This document shows, in pieces, positions 1 through 9,714 of a stretch of DNA of 47,356 nt; positions within the stretch are counted from its first letter, which is position 1, and each line of letters starts with the position of its first letter. A model generated the notes under the pieces. That model was not told the origin of the DNA, ran no database searches, and saw nothing but the letters and a program-made list of their open reading frames with translations. Location of the stretch: positions 1 to 47,356 of the IMG/VR virus record IMGVR_UViG_3300013767_000078. One strand, given 5' to 3'. This DNA is from a virus (Duplodnaviria; Caudoviricetes). The translations under genes and the position numbers were made by a program.

Positions 1-53
1 CTGATGCAACGGTGCACGCGGTTCATGATGGCTAAAAGGGAAGGAGACGTGTC

Positions 54-1871
54 ATGTGTGGCATCGTCGGCGCGGTCGCGCAACGGGACATCGTCCCGAT
101 TCTGATTGAAGGTTTGCGTCGCCTCGAGTATCGCGGCTACGATTCATGCGGCGTGGCGACGGTCGTCGACGGCCAGGCGCGTCGCGAGCGCAGTGTGTCG
201 CGCGTCGCCGATCTCGACGCGCACGTGCGCACCGCCGGCCTGACCGGCAGCACCGGCATCGCGCACACGCGCTGGGCAACGCACGGCGCGCCGGCAACCT
301 GCAACGCGCATCCGATCTTCTCGCGCGACGAAATCGCGCTCGTGCACAACGGCATCATCGAGAACCACGAAACGTTGCGCAAGCAACTTTCAGACGAACA
401 CTACGAATTCGATGGTCAGACCGACACCGAGGTCGTCGCACACCTGATCCACAGCAAGTATCGCGGCGACCTGCTCGCCGCCGTGCGCGCAGCGACATCA
501 CAGCTTCACGGCGCCTACGCGATCGCCGTGTTCAGCAAGCACGAGCCGCAGCGGCTGATCGGCGCGCGGGTCGGCTCGCCGCTCGTCGTCGGCGTGAAGG
601 ACGGCGAATGCTTTCTTGCCTCCGACGCGCTCGCGCTTGCCGGCATCACCGACCGCTTCATCTTCCTCGAGGAAGGCGACATCGTCGAGTTGACGCCGGG
701 CGGCGTGCGCGTGCTCGATCGCGGCGGCTCACCGGTCGAGCGCACGGTACAAACCATTTCCTCCGCCGAGGCCGCGGTCGAACTCGGGCCGTACCGGCAT
801 TTCATGCAGAAGGAGATTTTCGAGCAGCCGCAGGCCGTGGCCGCGACCATCCCGGATGCGGGGCTGTTCGATCCGGCCGTGTTCGGCCCCGACGCCGCGC
901 GGGCGTTCGAGCAGATCGACAACGTGCTGATTCTTGCGTGCGGCACGAGTCACTATTCCGGCCTGACCGCGCGCCGCTGGCTCGAAACGATCGCACGCGT
1001 GCCGGCACAGGTCGAGATCGCGAGCGAATACCGTTACAGCGACGCGCTCGCGATGCCGAATACGCTGGTGGTGAGCGTATCGCAATCCGGCGAGACCGCC
1101 GACACGCTCGCCGCGCTCAAGTACGCGCAAGCGCTCGGCCATATCGACACGCTGGCGATCTGCAACGTGCCGACCAGCGCGATGATGCGGCAGACCGGCC
1201 TGCGCTTCCTGACGCGGGCCGGCCCGGAAATCGGCGTCGCGTCGACCAAGGCGTTCACGACGCAGCTCGTCGCGCTGTTCATTCTCGCCGTCACGCTCGG
1301 CCGGCTGCGCGGCTACGTCGACGATGCACAGCTCGCGCGCTACACGATGCAATTGCGGCGGCTGCCCAGCGCGCTTGAAGACGTGCTCGGGCTCGAGCCG
1401 CAGATCGAGCGCTGGGCGGCGGAATTCTCGCAACACGAGAATGCGCTGTTTCTCGGGCGCGGGCTGCACTACCCGATCGCGCTCGAAGGTGCGCTGAAGC
1501 TGAAGGAGATTTCGTATATCCACGCGGAGGCATATCCGGCCGGCGAACTGAAGCACGGGCCGCTCGCGCTCGTGACCCACACGATGCCCGTCGCGACAAT
1601 CGCGCCAAATGACGCGCTGCTCGAAAAGCTGAAGTCGAACATGCAGGAAGTGCGCGCGCGCGGCGGGCAGCTTTACGTGTTCGCCGACGCCGATACGCGG
1701 ATCGACAACAGTGAAGGTGTGTCGGTACTGCGGATGCCGGATTACTACGGGTTGTTGTCGCCGATCCTGCACGTCGTGCCGTTGCAACTGCTCGCGTATC
1801 ACGCGGCGTGTTTGCGCGGTGCGGATATCGACAAGCCGAGGAATCTGGCGAAATCGGTGACGGTGGAGTGA
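54..1871 (+). CDS. glmS: Glutamine--fructose-6-phosphate aminotransferase (host gene)
   Basis: N-terminal MCGIVG (Ntn Cys), [33 protein letters not shown]-terminal [11 protein letters not shown]; 605 aa. Confidence 0.99.
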   Translation: MCGIVGAVAQRDIVPILIEGLRRLEYRGYDSCGVATVVDGQARRERSVSRVADLDAHVRTAGLTGSTGIAHTRWATHGAPATCNAHPIFSRDEIALVHNGIIENHETLRKQLSDEHYEFDGQTDTEVVAHLIHSKYRGDLLAAVRAATSQLHGAYAIAVFSKHEPQRLIGARVGSPLVVGVKDGECFLASDALALAGITDRFIFLEEGDIVELTPGGVRVLDRGGSPVERTVQTISSAEAAVELGPYRHFMQKEIFEQPQAVAATIPDAGLFDPAVFGPDAARAFEQIDNVLILACGTSHYSGLTARRWLETIARVPAQVEIASEYRYSDALAMPNTLVVSVSQSGETADTLAALKYAQALGHIDTLAICNVPTSAMMRQTGLRFLTRAGPEIGVASTKAFTTQLVALFILAVTLGRLRGYVDDAQLARYTMQLRRLPSALEDVLGLEPQIERWAAEFSQHENALFLGRGLHYPIALEGALKLKEISYIHAEAYPAGELKHGPLALVTHTMPVATIAPNDALLEKLKSNMQEVRARGGQLYVFADADTRIDNSEGVSVLRMPDYYGLLSPILHVVPLQLLAYHAACLRGADIDKPRNLAKSVTVE

Positions 1872-1921
1872 GGGGGTTGGGTAACCCGGGGCGGACTGGT
1901 GAAGGTCTTTGAAGGATGTAG

Positions 1922-1967
1922 CTGGCCCGCCCTACACGATTCAAACGTGTGACCTACGTTTTGGAAG
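1922..1967 (+). repeat. att core, left junction (46 bp)
   Basis: ctggcccgccctacacgattcaaacgtgtgacctacgttttggaag, identical to 47230-47275. Confidence 0.96.
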
Positions 1968-2007
1968 AACGGTAGCCTGAAAATAGGCAGGAACGGAAGC
2001 GCAGTCA

Positions 2008-2020
2008 AATCAACGACTTG
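2008..2020 (+). promoter_or_regulatory. Putative IHF binding site in the att arm
   Basis: AATCAACGACTTG matches WATCAANNNNTTR and lies between the att core and the putative arm sites. Confidence 0.55.
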
Positions 2021-2082
2021 CAGCGATCGCCAACCCCGGTCGGCTGCGCTTCCGGTACCAATTTTAGCCTTTTGACGTCGTT

Positions 2083-2685
2083 TCACGTCAAGATTCTGTC
2101 AAGGTCCGTCAGGGCCGTGATCACGCGCGCGATCGCATGATCCGTCACGTTCGGGAATGGGAACATCGGGCGCCCGATCTGCCGAACCGCACCGGCATGA
2201 AGCCAGTCGAGCGGGAGTTCGGGCACGATATCGTTACCGTTCTTGTACAGGTTGAGCGGTACCCTCCCGAGCACCGCCGCCACGCTCCCGTTCGTGCTCA
2301 CCCGCGGCGGCTCGAAGCCGTACACGGCCGCCGGCGGATTGCCGCCGACCACCATCGCGGCGGCAGCCATGATCGCGATCGCGGCGCCGAGCGAGTGCCC
2401 GACGAGCGTCACCGGCCGGCCGTCGATCGCCGCGAGCACGTCGACAGCGATTGCTCCCCACGCCTTCCAGAACCCGTGATGCACTTGGCCGATGCCGATG
2501 ACGTCGATCGGATGGGCGTCGAGATCTGCCGCGACGCAGTCGAGGTTGTCGGTACCCGGGAAGGCGACGACCAGGCCGGCCGCCGTTTGCCGCACGATCG
2601 CGCGTGAGGCGCTGTCCGCTTTGCCGATGTCGGGCTTCGCGGAATACGCCTCCTGCGCGAGCAGCGCGTAATCGCGCGGGGTCAT
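2083..2685 (-). CDS. Class 3 lipase / alpha-beta hydrolase
   Basis: VVAFPGT, VHHGF, GHSLG nucleophile elbow, NGNDIVPELP, C-terminal DH; start overlaps the upstream stop (ATGA). Confidence 0.85.
   Translation of the reverse strand: MTPRDYALLAQEAYSAKPDIGKADSASRAIVRQTAAGLVVAFPGTDNLDCVAADLDAHPIDVIGIGQVHHGFWKAWGAIAVDVLAAIDGRPVTLVGHSLGAAIAIMAAAAMVVGGNPPAAVYGFEPPRVSTNGSVAAVLGRVPLNLYKNGNDIVPELPLDWLHAGAVRQIGRPMFPFPNVTDHAIARVITALTDLDRILT
2085..2106 (+). repeat. Putative integrase arm-type sites (tandem GTCAA), left arm
   Basis: acgtcaagattctgtcaaggtc is 20/22 identical to 47141-47162 at the other prophage end. Confidence 0.65.
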
Positions 2686-3275
2686 TGCAGCGGCGCACCT
2701 TCGAGCGCACTGAGCCGCTGATTGAGCAATTGAAAATTCTTGTTCAAATCGCCCGCGGTAAGCACGTCGCCCGGCTGGAATTTCGTCATCGCCTTCGACG
2801 TCGTGGCCGGCGCGGCGGGCGGGATCACTGTCGACGTCTTTGCGGCCTGGAGCGCGTTTTCATACGTCCCGACCAGATTCACGGCTAGCTCGGCAGCAGC
2901 GAATCCCGCCTGGATAGCCGCCTGAGTCGTCGGTGCCAACGGGAGCGCCGCGACGATACCCGCGATTGCAGGGATGCCTTGCGTGATGAGCTCCTGGACG
3001 CTCGTCGACGTAATGGTCGCGCCAGCCGCGCACGCACCTGCGACGATCGGCTTCACGGTTTTCTCGATCACAACGTTCGCGTTCGCGGCGGACGGCAACG
3101 TCGGCGCCATGGCCGCATTGAATGCCGTGATCTGGGTGATCGCGCTGTTGGTCGCCGGGCACAAGACTGCGGCGACCTGTGCCGGCGATTGCTGAACCGT
3201 GCCGAGCGACTGGCAGCCGGAAACGAGGAAAGCGGACGCGGCAATGCCTGCCGCGAGCGGCATGAGCTTCTTCAT
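2682..3275 (-). CDS. Lipoprotein in the lysis region (possible spanin-like role)
   Basis: Start reassigned to MKKLMPLAAG...; signal peptide ending in lipobox-like LVSG|C; internal hydrophobic Ala-rich segment. Confidence 0.65.
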   Translation of the reverse strand: MKKLMPLAAGIAASAFLVSGCQSLGTVQQSPAQVAAVLCPATNSAITQITAFNAAMAPTLPSAANANVVIEKTVKPIVAGACAAGATITSTSVQELITQGIPAIAGIVAALPLAPTTQAAIQAGFAAAELAVNLVGTYENALQAAKTSTVIPPAAPATTSKAMTKFQPGDVLTAGDLNKNFQLLNQRLSALEGAPLQ

Positions 3276-3318
3276 GGGATTTCCTTCGGGAGTGGTGCCG
3301 CGGCGTGCGGCGGGACGG

Positions 3319-3525
3319 TTACTGCTGTGCGGCCTTCGCTGCTGCGCGCGCGACGAGCGCGTTGTAGACGGCATGCAGCCCGGCAACGATCAGCGTCGCG
3401 ACGAGCGACGATGCGCTGGTCGGTACGGCACCGTGGAAGCCGCCGAGCGCCCAGTCGACGGTCGGGATGAGGTCGGTGACGCCAAGCGTGATACCGCCGC
3501 TGACGAGGCTGGATTTCATGGGCAT
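3319..3525 (-). CDS. Small membrane protein, holin candidate
   Basis: 68 aa, two hydrophobic segments, positively charged C-terminus, GGAG RBS, lies in the lysis cluster. Confidence 0.5.
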   Translation of the reverse strand: MPMKSSLVSGGITLGVTDLIPTVDWALGGFHGAVPTSASSLVATLIVAGLHAVYNALVARAAAKAAQQ

Positions 3526-3527
3526 GG

Positions 3528-4160
3528 CTACTCCTTCTTCGATTGGACGAGCTCGTCCGGGGTGAAGACGAACCCGGCCTTGCGCGGGAACGCCTGGAAC
3601 ACGAAGGTCGGGAACGACCGGTGATGGATGCCGTGCGTCGGAGACCGATGGAACTTCGCCGAGAGCGGCAGCATGTTCACCATCGCGTCGACGAAGGTCT
3701 CGGGCTTCGCCGTATCGAACGCATGCCAGTCAAAGCCGCGCAGTTCGACGAGCTTGCAGATCAGCCAGATGAAGGATTCCTCGGCGGGATACAGTTCCTT
3801 CGTCGGTTGGTCGGTCTCGGGATCGAGCACGGGGATTTCCTTGATCTCGCCGAGCGCAATGCCGCGCACGGCCGTCCAGTCGACGCCATCGGAGTCGGCC
3901 CATTCGCAGAAAAGGTGGTGGTACTCGGGTGCTGGCTGGCCGCTGATCGAGCAGCGCAGGCCGGCCGTGTGGCCGACCTTCTTCGTGTGGCGGAACGTCG
4001 CCGACTCGGTGCGCGGAGGGTGATCCGGGTAGTACTCGATCTCGACGTCGGTCACGCGAACGGCATGCTCGCCGGCGATCTTCGGCAGGCCGGCGAGGCC
4101 CTCGGCCGTGCACTTCTCGCAGCGCTGCTCGAGCGCGACGTCATGGCTGCATCGGGTCAT
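3528..4160 (-). CDS. Hypothetical protein with HNH-like His/Cys motifs
   Basis: 210 aa; C-x-ISG...EYHH...N.LPL...FH...HGIHH pattern. Confidence 0.5.
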   Translation of the reverse strand: MTRCSHDVALEQRCEKCTAEGLAGLPKIAGEHAVRVTDVEIEYYPDHPPRTESATFRHTKKVGHTAGLRCSISGQPAPEYHHLFCEWADSDGVDWTAVRGIALGEIKEIPVLDPETDQPTKELYPAEESFIWLICKLVELRGFDWHAFDTAKPETFVDAMVNMLPLSAKFHRSPTHGIHHRSFPTFVFQAFPRKAGFVFTPDELVQSKKE

Positions 4161-4176
4161 GTCTGGTCCGGAAATG

Positions 4177-4201
4177 AAAAAGCCCGGCGCGCGGCCGGGC
4201 T
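4177..4201 (-). terminator. Intrinsic terminator after the endolysin
   Basis: Minus strand agcccggc-cgcgc-gccgggct followed by a T run. Confidence 0.6.
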
Positions 4202-4237
4202 GGATTGCGAAATTTCGAAAAAACGAAAACTGGTGCG

Positions 4238-4810
4238 TTAGGCGACGCCGAGTGCCTTCTTGCAGGAACCCCAGAGCGCCAGGCGCTCAGGCATGCCGTT
4301 CGGCGTGGCCGCTGAGCGCGGATTGCCGAGGTTGATCGCCCGACTGATCGACAGGAAGTCGCCGGCATCAGCGAACGCGCTCAGGGCGTTGTCCGCCCAG
4401 AACTGCGCGGAGGCCTCGGCCGCAACGCTGGGCTGCGAGATCTGATCGGGGTTGCCCTCCAGGTTGATGCCGATCTTCTGGCCCATCACCCGGAAGTTGT
4501 AACGGCCGGTGATCTGCAGCAGGCCGCCGCCGCGGTACCGGAAGCCGTCGCCAGCCTGTGTGTTACCCAGCTCGGCTGCCTTCGCCGCTGGCGGCTCGTA
4601 CGCACGCTGCGCCGGCGTCGGCCCCCAGATCTCGCGAAGCCACTGAAAGCGGCCCGATTCATGTCCGCACTGCGCGAGAAACGCAGCCTGGCGCATGGGC
4701 GAGTCGATCGCGTACAGCGCCATCGCGGCCGAGAGCGGATCGGCCCACTGCGTCGCGCGCGCAAGCGGAATCTGCAGCGCATCGGCAAGGATTTGTGGTG
4801 TCATGGTCAT
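4238..4810 (-). CDS. Endolysin, glycoside hydrolase family 19
   Basis: AAFLAQCGHES, GDGFRYRGGGLLQITGRYNF, AINLG motifs; start reassigned to the ATG overlapping the upstream TGA. Confidence 0.9.
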   Translation of the reverse strand: MTMTPQILADALQIPLARATQWADPLSAAMALYAIDSPMRQAAFLAQCGHESGRFQWLREIWGPTPAQRAYEPPAAKAAELGNTQAGDGFRYRGGGLLQITGRYNFRVMGQKIGINLEGNPDQISQPSVAAEASAQFWADNALSAFADAGDFLSISRAINLGNPRSAATPNGMPERLALWGSCKKALGVA

Positions 4811-5193
4811 CCCAGCAGCAGTTTCACGACCGCGCTCGCCCAATCGGGGATGGGTTCGTGTCGCAGGTAACGGAAAACAATCACGCCGATCGCGGCGCCC
4901 GCGATCGTCGGGCCGGCCACGTTCCGGACCAGGAAGCGCCACGCATCGGCGAGCCGACAGAGAGCGCGGACGACGCGCGCGCCGCCCTCCCACGTATCGA
5001 CCATCGACTGCGTGTTCGTCTGGATCAGGGAAACCGAAGCCACGATGGCGTCGATCTTTTCGTCCTGCCGCTGCAGGTGGGCCTTTACCGCCGCGTCGCT
5101 TGCGTCGATTCGCTGCTCGAGCTTCGAGAAGCGACGATCGCCGGCGCGCAGGCGTTCCTCGACGCGCGCGTTCCCCGATGCGTTGTCGGTCAT
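4807..5193 (-). CDS. Membrane protein upstream of the endolysin (holin/antiholin candidate)
   Basis: 128 aa, N-terminal coiled coil and C-terminal TM helix; translationally coupled to the endolysin. Confidence 0.55.
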   Translation of the reverse strand: MTDNASGNARVEERLRAGDRRFSKLEQRIDASDAAVKAHLQRQDEKIDAIVASVSLIQTNTQSMVDTWEGGARVVRALCRLADAWRFLVRNVAGPTIAGAAIGVIVFRYLRHEPIPDWASAVVKLLLG

Positions 5194-5208
5194 TCATCCC
5201 CCGGAAAT

Positions 5209-5232
5209 AAAAAGGGCGCCCGAATGCGCCCT
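5209..5232 (-). terminator. Intrinsic terminator after the tailspike-like gene
   Basis: Minus strand agggcgc-attcgg-gcgccct followed by ttttattt. Confidence 0.6.
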
Positions 5233-5250
5233 GGTCTCGATCTCAGTGAA

Positions 5251-7098
5251 CTACTGCTTGAAGTATGTGAGTTGCCCCGCAAGCGCGCTGCTCGACGTGA
5301 AGTTGCTGTTCGTCATCGCAGTTGTCCCGCTCGCCCCCTGCATCAGCAGATTCGCGGTCGTGCCGCCCGATACGCCCTGCGCGCTCGGCTGGCTCGTGAG
5401 CGACGACATGCCGCTCAGGCCGGCCAACGCACTGATCGCACCGTTGCCTGATGTCGACCCCACGGTGATCGGAAGACCCGTGAGCGTAGCCGAACCAGTC
5501 GCGGAGCCGACTGCCGACAGGCCAAGCGAGAACTGAACGCTCACGCGCTGACCTTGGATCTGGTACTGGCACGCACGCGAACCGTATGTGATACCAGTGC
5601 TGGCACCCCCGAACGCCACACCGAGCGTGCATGGCGCAGCGCCTCCCCAGATCTGATTTCCGCTTCCCGTCCCCGTCTCGGTGATTCCGTTGTAGCCGAG
5701 TACCGCGTTTCCTGTCTGCGTCACCGCATGCACGACGCTATTGCTCGTCCCGTCGAACACTACGGCGTATGACCCGATGTTGCCGCGGTTGTAGTTGTGG
5801 ATGTCAGCGTCGACCGTCACATAATTCGAGTTCTTGATGTAAACGCCCATATCCGTCGACGCGATATGGACGCCACGAGCGGTCGAATACGTTGCTCCAT
5901 TGAACAGCAGTCCATATGTCACACTGTTACCGATCCAGACGTTCGACAGCATGACGTCTTTAACAGGGTTAGTGTTGGCACCCTGCTGGATCGTGATACC
6001 CGGCCCGCTCGTCGTGTCGGCCAGAATGTTCGAAAAGTGACCGAATTGGCAGGCGACTGATGTCTGGACGTATGCTCCATCGCACAGGTACCAAGCGGTC
6101 ACGCCGTTTGTGCCCTCGACGTTTGTGAACTTCGAGCCGGCGAAGTACACCAGGCGGAAAGCGTACAGTGCGACGTTTTGCACGGTCGTGTTGGTGACGA
6201 CCAACGCGTTATTGGGCATCGTGTCTGCCGCATTCGTCGGCGCACCGGCATAGATGCCGATCGAATTCTGCTGCGCCCCAACGCCGTCGACACGGACACC
6301 GTCGATCTCAGTTTGCCAGTTGTCGTAGAGATCCAGCGCATGATTGCAGCCTGTGATGAAGACGTCTCGTATCGACGCCGAGTTCACATACGTGAACGAG
6401 ATGCCGTGCGAGTTGCTGCCCGACATGCCCGCGCACTGCAACCACATGTGCGCGACACCGACCTTGTTGTCGACCGCCGTGTAGGTGCCGTTATCGACGA
6501 TCAGCGGATAGTTGCCGGTCGCGATCAAGACCGTCGACAGCCGCCCTGCACCGACCAGGCGAACCCCGCTGCGGCCCGCCGTATTGATCGACGCGGTCGT
6601 GCGAAAAGACCCCGATGGAAATTCGATTTGCGCACCGCCCTGCACTGTTCCACTGCTCGCAGCAACGCTGTTGATCGCGGTCTGGATGCAAGTCGTGCTG
6701 TCAGCCACTCCGGTCGGATCGCAGCCCGGGAAATCCATCACGTTCACGCGATCGGCCAGCTTGCTCGCGATCGAACGCGCTGCGCTGCCCGGTTGTGTGG
6801 ACTGGAACTGCAGTTGGCTCGTCGCGCCGAGCGCCGTCGTCGCGTTCGTTCCGCCGGACGCGAATCCGATCGGCGCGGACAATCCTGCAATCGTGCCGCC
6901 AGCGATGTTCGCCGTACCAATCGTCGCGCTCGGCATCACGAGCGGCCCAGTCAGCGTGCCGCCTGCTTTCGGCACCACGGTCGAAAATGCGGAATTGAGC
7001 TCGCTTGCAGACAACACCTGCCCGGGAATGAACTGCGCGAAGGCAGGAGCCGCCACGACGAGCGCAGCCAGTGAAAACCACGTCAGAATCCGCTTCAT
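5251..7098 (-). CDS. Parallel beta-helix (pectate lyase-3-like) tailspike/depolymerase with an apparent N-terminal signal peptide
   Basis: VNVMDF..CDPTGVADSTTCIQTAIN...IEFPSGSF motif and beta-helix repeats; N-terminus MKRILTWFSLAALVVAAPAFA|Q. Confidence 0.75.
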   Translation of the reverse strand: MKRILTWFSLAALVVAAPAFAQFIPGQVLSASELNSAFSTVVPKAGGTLTGPLVMPSATIGTANIAGGTIAGLSAPIGFASGGTNATTALGATSQLQFQSTQPGSAARSIASKLADRVNVMDFPGCDPTGVADSTTCIQTAINSVAASSGTVQGGAQIEFPSGSFRTTASINTAGRSGVRLVGAGRLSTVLIATGNYPLIVDNGTYTAVDNKVGVAHMWLQCAGMSGSNSHGISFTYVNSASIRDVFITGCNHALDLYDNWQTEIDGVRVDGVGAQQNSIGIYAGAPTNAADTMPNNALVVTNTTVQNVALYAFRLVYFAGSKFTNVEGTNGVTAWYLCDGAYVQTSVACQFGHFSNILADTTSGPGITIQQGANTNPVKDVMLSNVWIGNSVTYGLLFNGATYSTARGVHIASTDMGVYIKNSNYVTVDADIHNYNRGNIGSYAVVFDGTSNSVVHAVTQTGNAVLGYNGITETGTGSGNQIWGGAAPCTLGVAFGGASTGITYGSRACQYQIQGQRVSVQFSLGLSAVGSATGSATLTGLPITVGSTSGNGAISALAGLSGMSSLTSQPSAQGVSGGTTANLLMQGASGTTAMTNSNFTSSSALAGQLTYFKQ

Positions 7099-7113
7099 CG
7101 ATATTCCTTTGCG

Positions 7114-7668
7114 TTACGCCCAAGCAATGGCCTGCACTGCGGTGGCGCTCTGTGCCGCGTGCACTTCGGCCTTCAACGTCTGGAGCTTCTGAAAAGCCGC
7201 AACGCCCTGAGTTCCCATCGCGGCAGCCAGCCCCTGAAGGTCCGCGTACGTGAACGGCACCTGAGTGTTGTCGGAGGCCACCCAGTAGAATCCATCAGGC
7301 ACGACGCCGGTGCCTTGGAACGCCATCAGCATCTGCGTCAGGTTCGCGATACTTTGCGGCGACGCCTGATACTGCTTCGACACACCGCCTTTCGACGTAT
7401 AGCTGACGGGCAAGTAGATCGCGATCTGATATGCCGCGTTGAGAATCACAACCTGCGCTTGCCGCTCCACCTCGAGGCTGAGATCCGGTGCCGACTGCGT
7501 AAGAGTGCCGTCGACGACATACCACTCACCGGTGCTCACTGCTGAGTACTGAGCGTCTGTGACGTCGAGCAGGAGGTTCGTCGACGGAAGAGAGGGATAC
7601 GCGAACGCGTCCGTATCAAGCAACTGCAGAACCGCACACGTATTCGGGTCGAAATATGCGTATTTCAT
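7114..7668 (-). CDS. Tail fibre assembly / DUF4376-like protein
   Basis: Follows the tail fibre; W...DN..VPFT..DL..LA motif and C-terminal V.AI.W. Confidence 0.7.
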   Translation of the reverse strand: MKYAYFDPNTCAVLQLLDTDAFAYPSLPSTNLLLDVTDAQYSAVSTGEWYVVDGTLTQSAPDLSLEVERQAQVVILNAAYQIAIYLPVSYTSKGGVSKQYQASPQSIANLTQMLMAFQGTGVVPDGFYWVASDNTQVPFTYADLQGLAAAMGTQGVAAFQKLQTLKAEVHAAQSATAVQAIAWA

Positions 7669-7672
7669 CGTG

Positions 7673-8941
7673 TCACCATTCGATCATTGCGAAACCAGGA
7701 GTTCCTGCGCCGCCAGACCCTCCGGCGGTGCTCGTCGTGCCATAGCAAGCGCCACCGCCAGCGCCGCCAGCACCGTATCCTGCCCCAGGGTAACCGCCAT
7801 AGCTTCGGCCCGATGCTCCCGGCGGCGCACCGCCGCCGCCGCCGAACGGTCCAGACGCACCCGCACCGCCGCCCGCGCCGGCCAAGCCATCGGCCCCCGC
7901 GCTGGCAGCCGGGTAGCCGCTACCACCACCTCCTCCTGACGCAGTCGGGCTACCGCCTTGGCCACCACCGCTGCCGCCTACCAAAGTGGTGCTGCCGATG
8001 ACCGTATTGCCGCCTGCGCCACCCGCACCACCCGCGTTACCACCCGCGGCACCCCCAACGCCCGGAATGCCGGGGGCACCCGGAGTGACATTAATGACTT
8101 GACCGGGAGTTACCGACAAATGCGCCCGATAGATCGACTGACCATATCCGCCACCGCCGCCGCCTCCGGCGCTATTGGCGCTGCCGTTACTCCCCGCGCC
8201 GCCTCCGCCACCACCTCCGCCAGCGCATCCGGATTGCCAGATGTCATAGACACCCTCTGGGACCGTAAACGAGCCTGCTGATGTATAGATGGCACGCATG
8301 CCGAGAACCTGTCCAAACTGCGGTGCCTGGTGACTCGCATGAGCGGTCCGGACCTGTTGTGATCCACCGATCGAATCGATGATCACCCAGCAAAGGGCGC
8401 CCGAGTTGAGCATCGGCCCGACATACGAGACGAGTCGCGCGATGCCCCCGGCGACCAGTTCATCGCCTTGAAGCTGACCGCCGCCTAGGCCGAAGATAGG
8501 TGCGGCTGGAAGACCGTCCGGTGCGTACGTAGACGGACCGCTATTCGTGTTGCCAATGATGAGCGTCTGGCCGTAGCCGGACGCCGTCGGGAGCGCCGTG
8601 AGCGGTACCGGGTTCGCCGCGGCGTACGCGTTCGCCGCGCCCGTATCATGCAGCAGCACCGCGTTGCGCGAGGCGTTTTGCACCGCCGATTGCAGATTCC
8701 CAAGCAGCGTCGCGGTCGTGCCGTCATCGATGGCCGGCTGGCCGGTCTCGGCAACGATGAATTGCGCGACGACCGCAGCCATGATGGTGCTCTGCCGCCA
8801 AGCCTTGTTGCATGCCGCTGACTGTGCTGTGCCGGCTTGAAATCCCTGCGCGATCGCGGCCAGCGCGGCGTACTGAGTTTGCGGAAGCACGTTCGCGCTA
8901 CCGTCTACCGCGAACGGCAGGAAGTCGTTTTGGATGGTCAA
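7673..8941 (-). CDS. Tail fibre protein with glycine-rich C-terminal domain
   Basis: N-terminal NDFLPFA...ANVL.Q...NKAWRQ baseplate-attachment motif; GGGGG-rich C-terminus ending G...IEW. Confidence 0.8.
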   Translation of the reverse strand: MTIQNDFLPFAVDGSANVLPQTQYAALAAIAQGFQAGTAQSAACNKAWRQSTIMAAVVAQFIVAETGQPAIDDGTTATLLGNLQSAVQNASRNAVLLHDTGAANAYAAANPVPLTALPTASGYGQTLIIGNTNSGPSTYAPDGLPAAPIFGLGGGQLQGDELVAGGIARLVSYVGPMLNSGALCWVIIDSIGGSQQVRTAHASHQAPQFGQVLGMRAIYTSAGSFTVPEGVYDIWQSGCAGGGGGGGGAGSNGSANSAGGGGGGGYGQSIYRAHLSVTPGQVINVTPGAPGIPGVGGAAGGNAGGAGGAGGNTVIGSTTLVGGSGGGQGGSPTASGGGGGSGYPAASAGADGLAGAGGGAGASGPFGGGGGAPPGASGRSYGGYPGAGYGAGGAGGGACYGTTSTAGGSGGAGTPGFAMIEW

Positions 8942-8995
8942 GGGAACTCCGATGGCGTTGCAGGTCGATCGACCCCGCCGTGAGAAAGGCGCCCG

Positions 8996-9712
8996 CTATG
9001 CGAGCGTCGAATTGTCGAGCGTGAACGTGTAATCGAGCAGGTTTGCTGCGGCGAGCGTGTCGGCGGACCACGCTCCTGAATCGAATCCGGCGACGTACTC
9101 GCTGTCGACATCGAACCCGAAAATCGCCGCACCATCGACAGATGTCACGGCGTAGTTGACTTGAACCGCTTCCGGCTTCAGCGTCAGAAGGCCGGTCTTC
9201 AGCAGCGCCAGATACAGCGCCGACGGAAACTTTCCAGCCACGCCGATCGTGATCGACATGTCGCACGGATCCTCGAGGAAGACGAGCGTTCCCGGGGGGG
9301 CGAGCATGTCGATAATGTCCGCCGCCGATTCCGGCGTACCGTCCCAGTGATTCGCCGCGATCTTCGCGCGCAGCGTCATCAGGTAGGTCGCATCGTCCAG
9401 CGACACCAGGCCGGTGTCAGGATCGAACGGCCCCTTCCATGCGCCCTGATCGAAGCCAAGCCCCGGAACATCGAACGCGAAATAGATACCCGTCAGCGGC
9501 GTCGTAACCTCTCGGCTCAATCCGATCCACTGACCCAGAACGTCGAGCTGATCGCCAACAGCGACGTCGAGATCGAACAGCGCCGGCATGACATCCAGCA
9601 CGTTCATCAGATCGACGAGTGGCGCGGACAGCATCTCGACAATCGCCATGAACTTCGGCTTGTCGCTGTGCTCCGACGTGATCAGCGCCGTGTAGTCGTT
9701 CAGTTCAGCCAT
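8996..9712 (-). CDS. Baseplate wedge protein (DUF2612-like)
   Basis: LITSEH..KPKF, FDLD.AVG.QLD.LG.WIG.SR, AKI.AN.WDGT. Confidence 0.8.
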   Translation of the reverse strand: MAELNDYTALITSEHSDKPKFMAIVEMLSAPLVDLMNVLDVMPALFDLDVAVGDQLDVLGQWIGLSREVTTPLTGIYFAFDVPGLGFDQGAWKGPFDPDTGLVSLDDATYLMTLRAKIAANHWDGTPESAADIIDMLAPPGTLVFLEDPCDMSITIGVAGKFPSALYLALLKTGLLTLKPEAVQVNYAVTSVDGAAIFGFDVDSEYVAGFDSGAWSADTLAAANLLDYTFTLDNSTLA

Positions 9713-9714
9713 GC

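Noticed and set aside
1872-1967. Tn7-like insertion downstream of glmS
   Set aside because: No tns genes or Tn7-type ends with a 5-bp duplication were seen. The element has 46-bp direct repeats and a tyrosine integrase.
5251-8941. Tail fibre or tailspike as DGR targets
   Set aside because: By eye, neither contains the TR-like sequence or the GAGTTGCGCGCCCGCGCCGTCCGCAGA anchor. A BLASTN of the TR against the window would confirm this.
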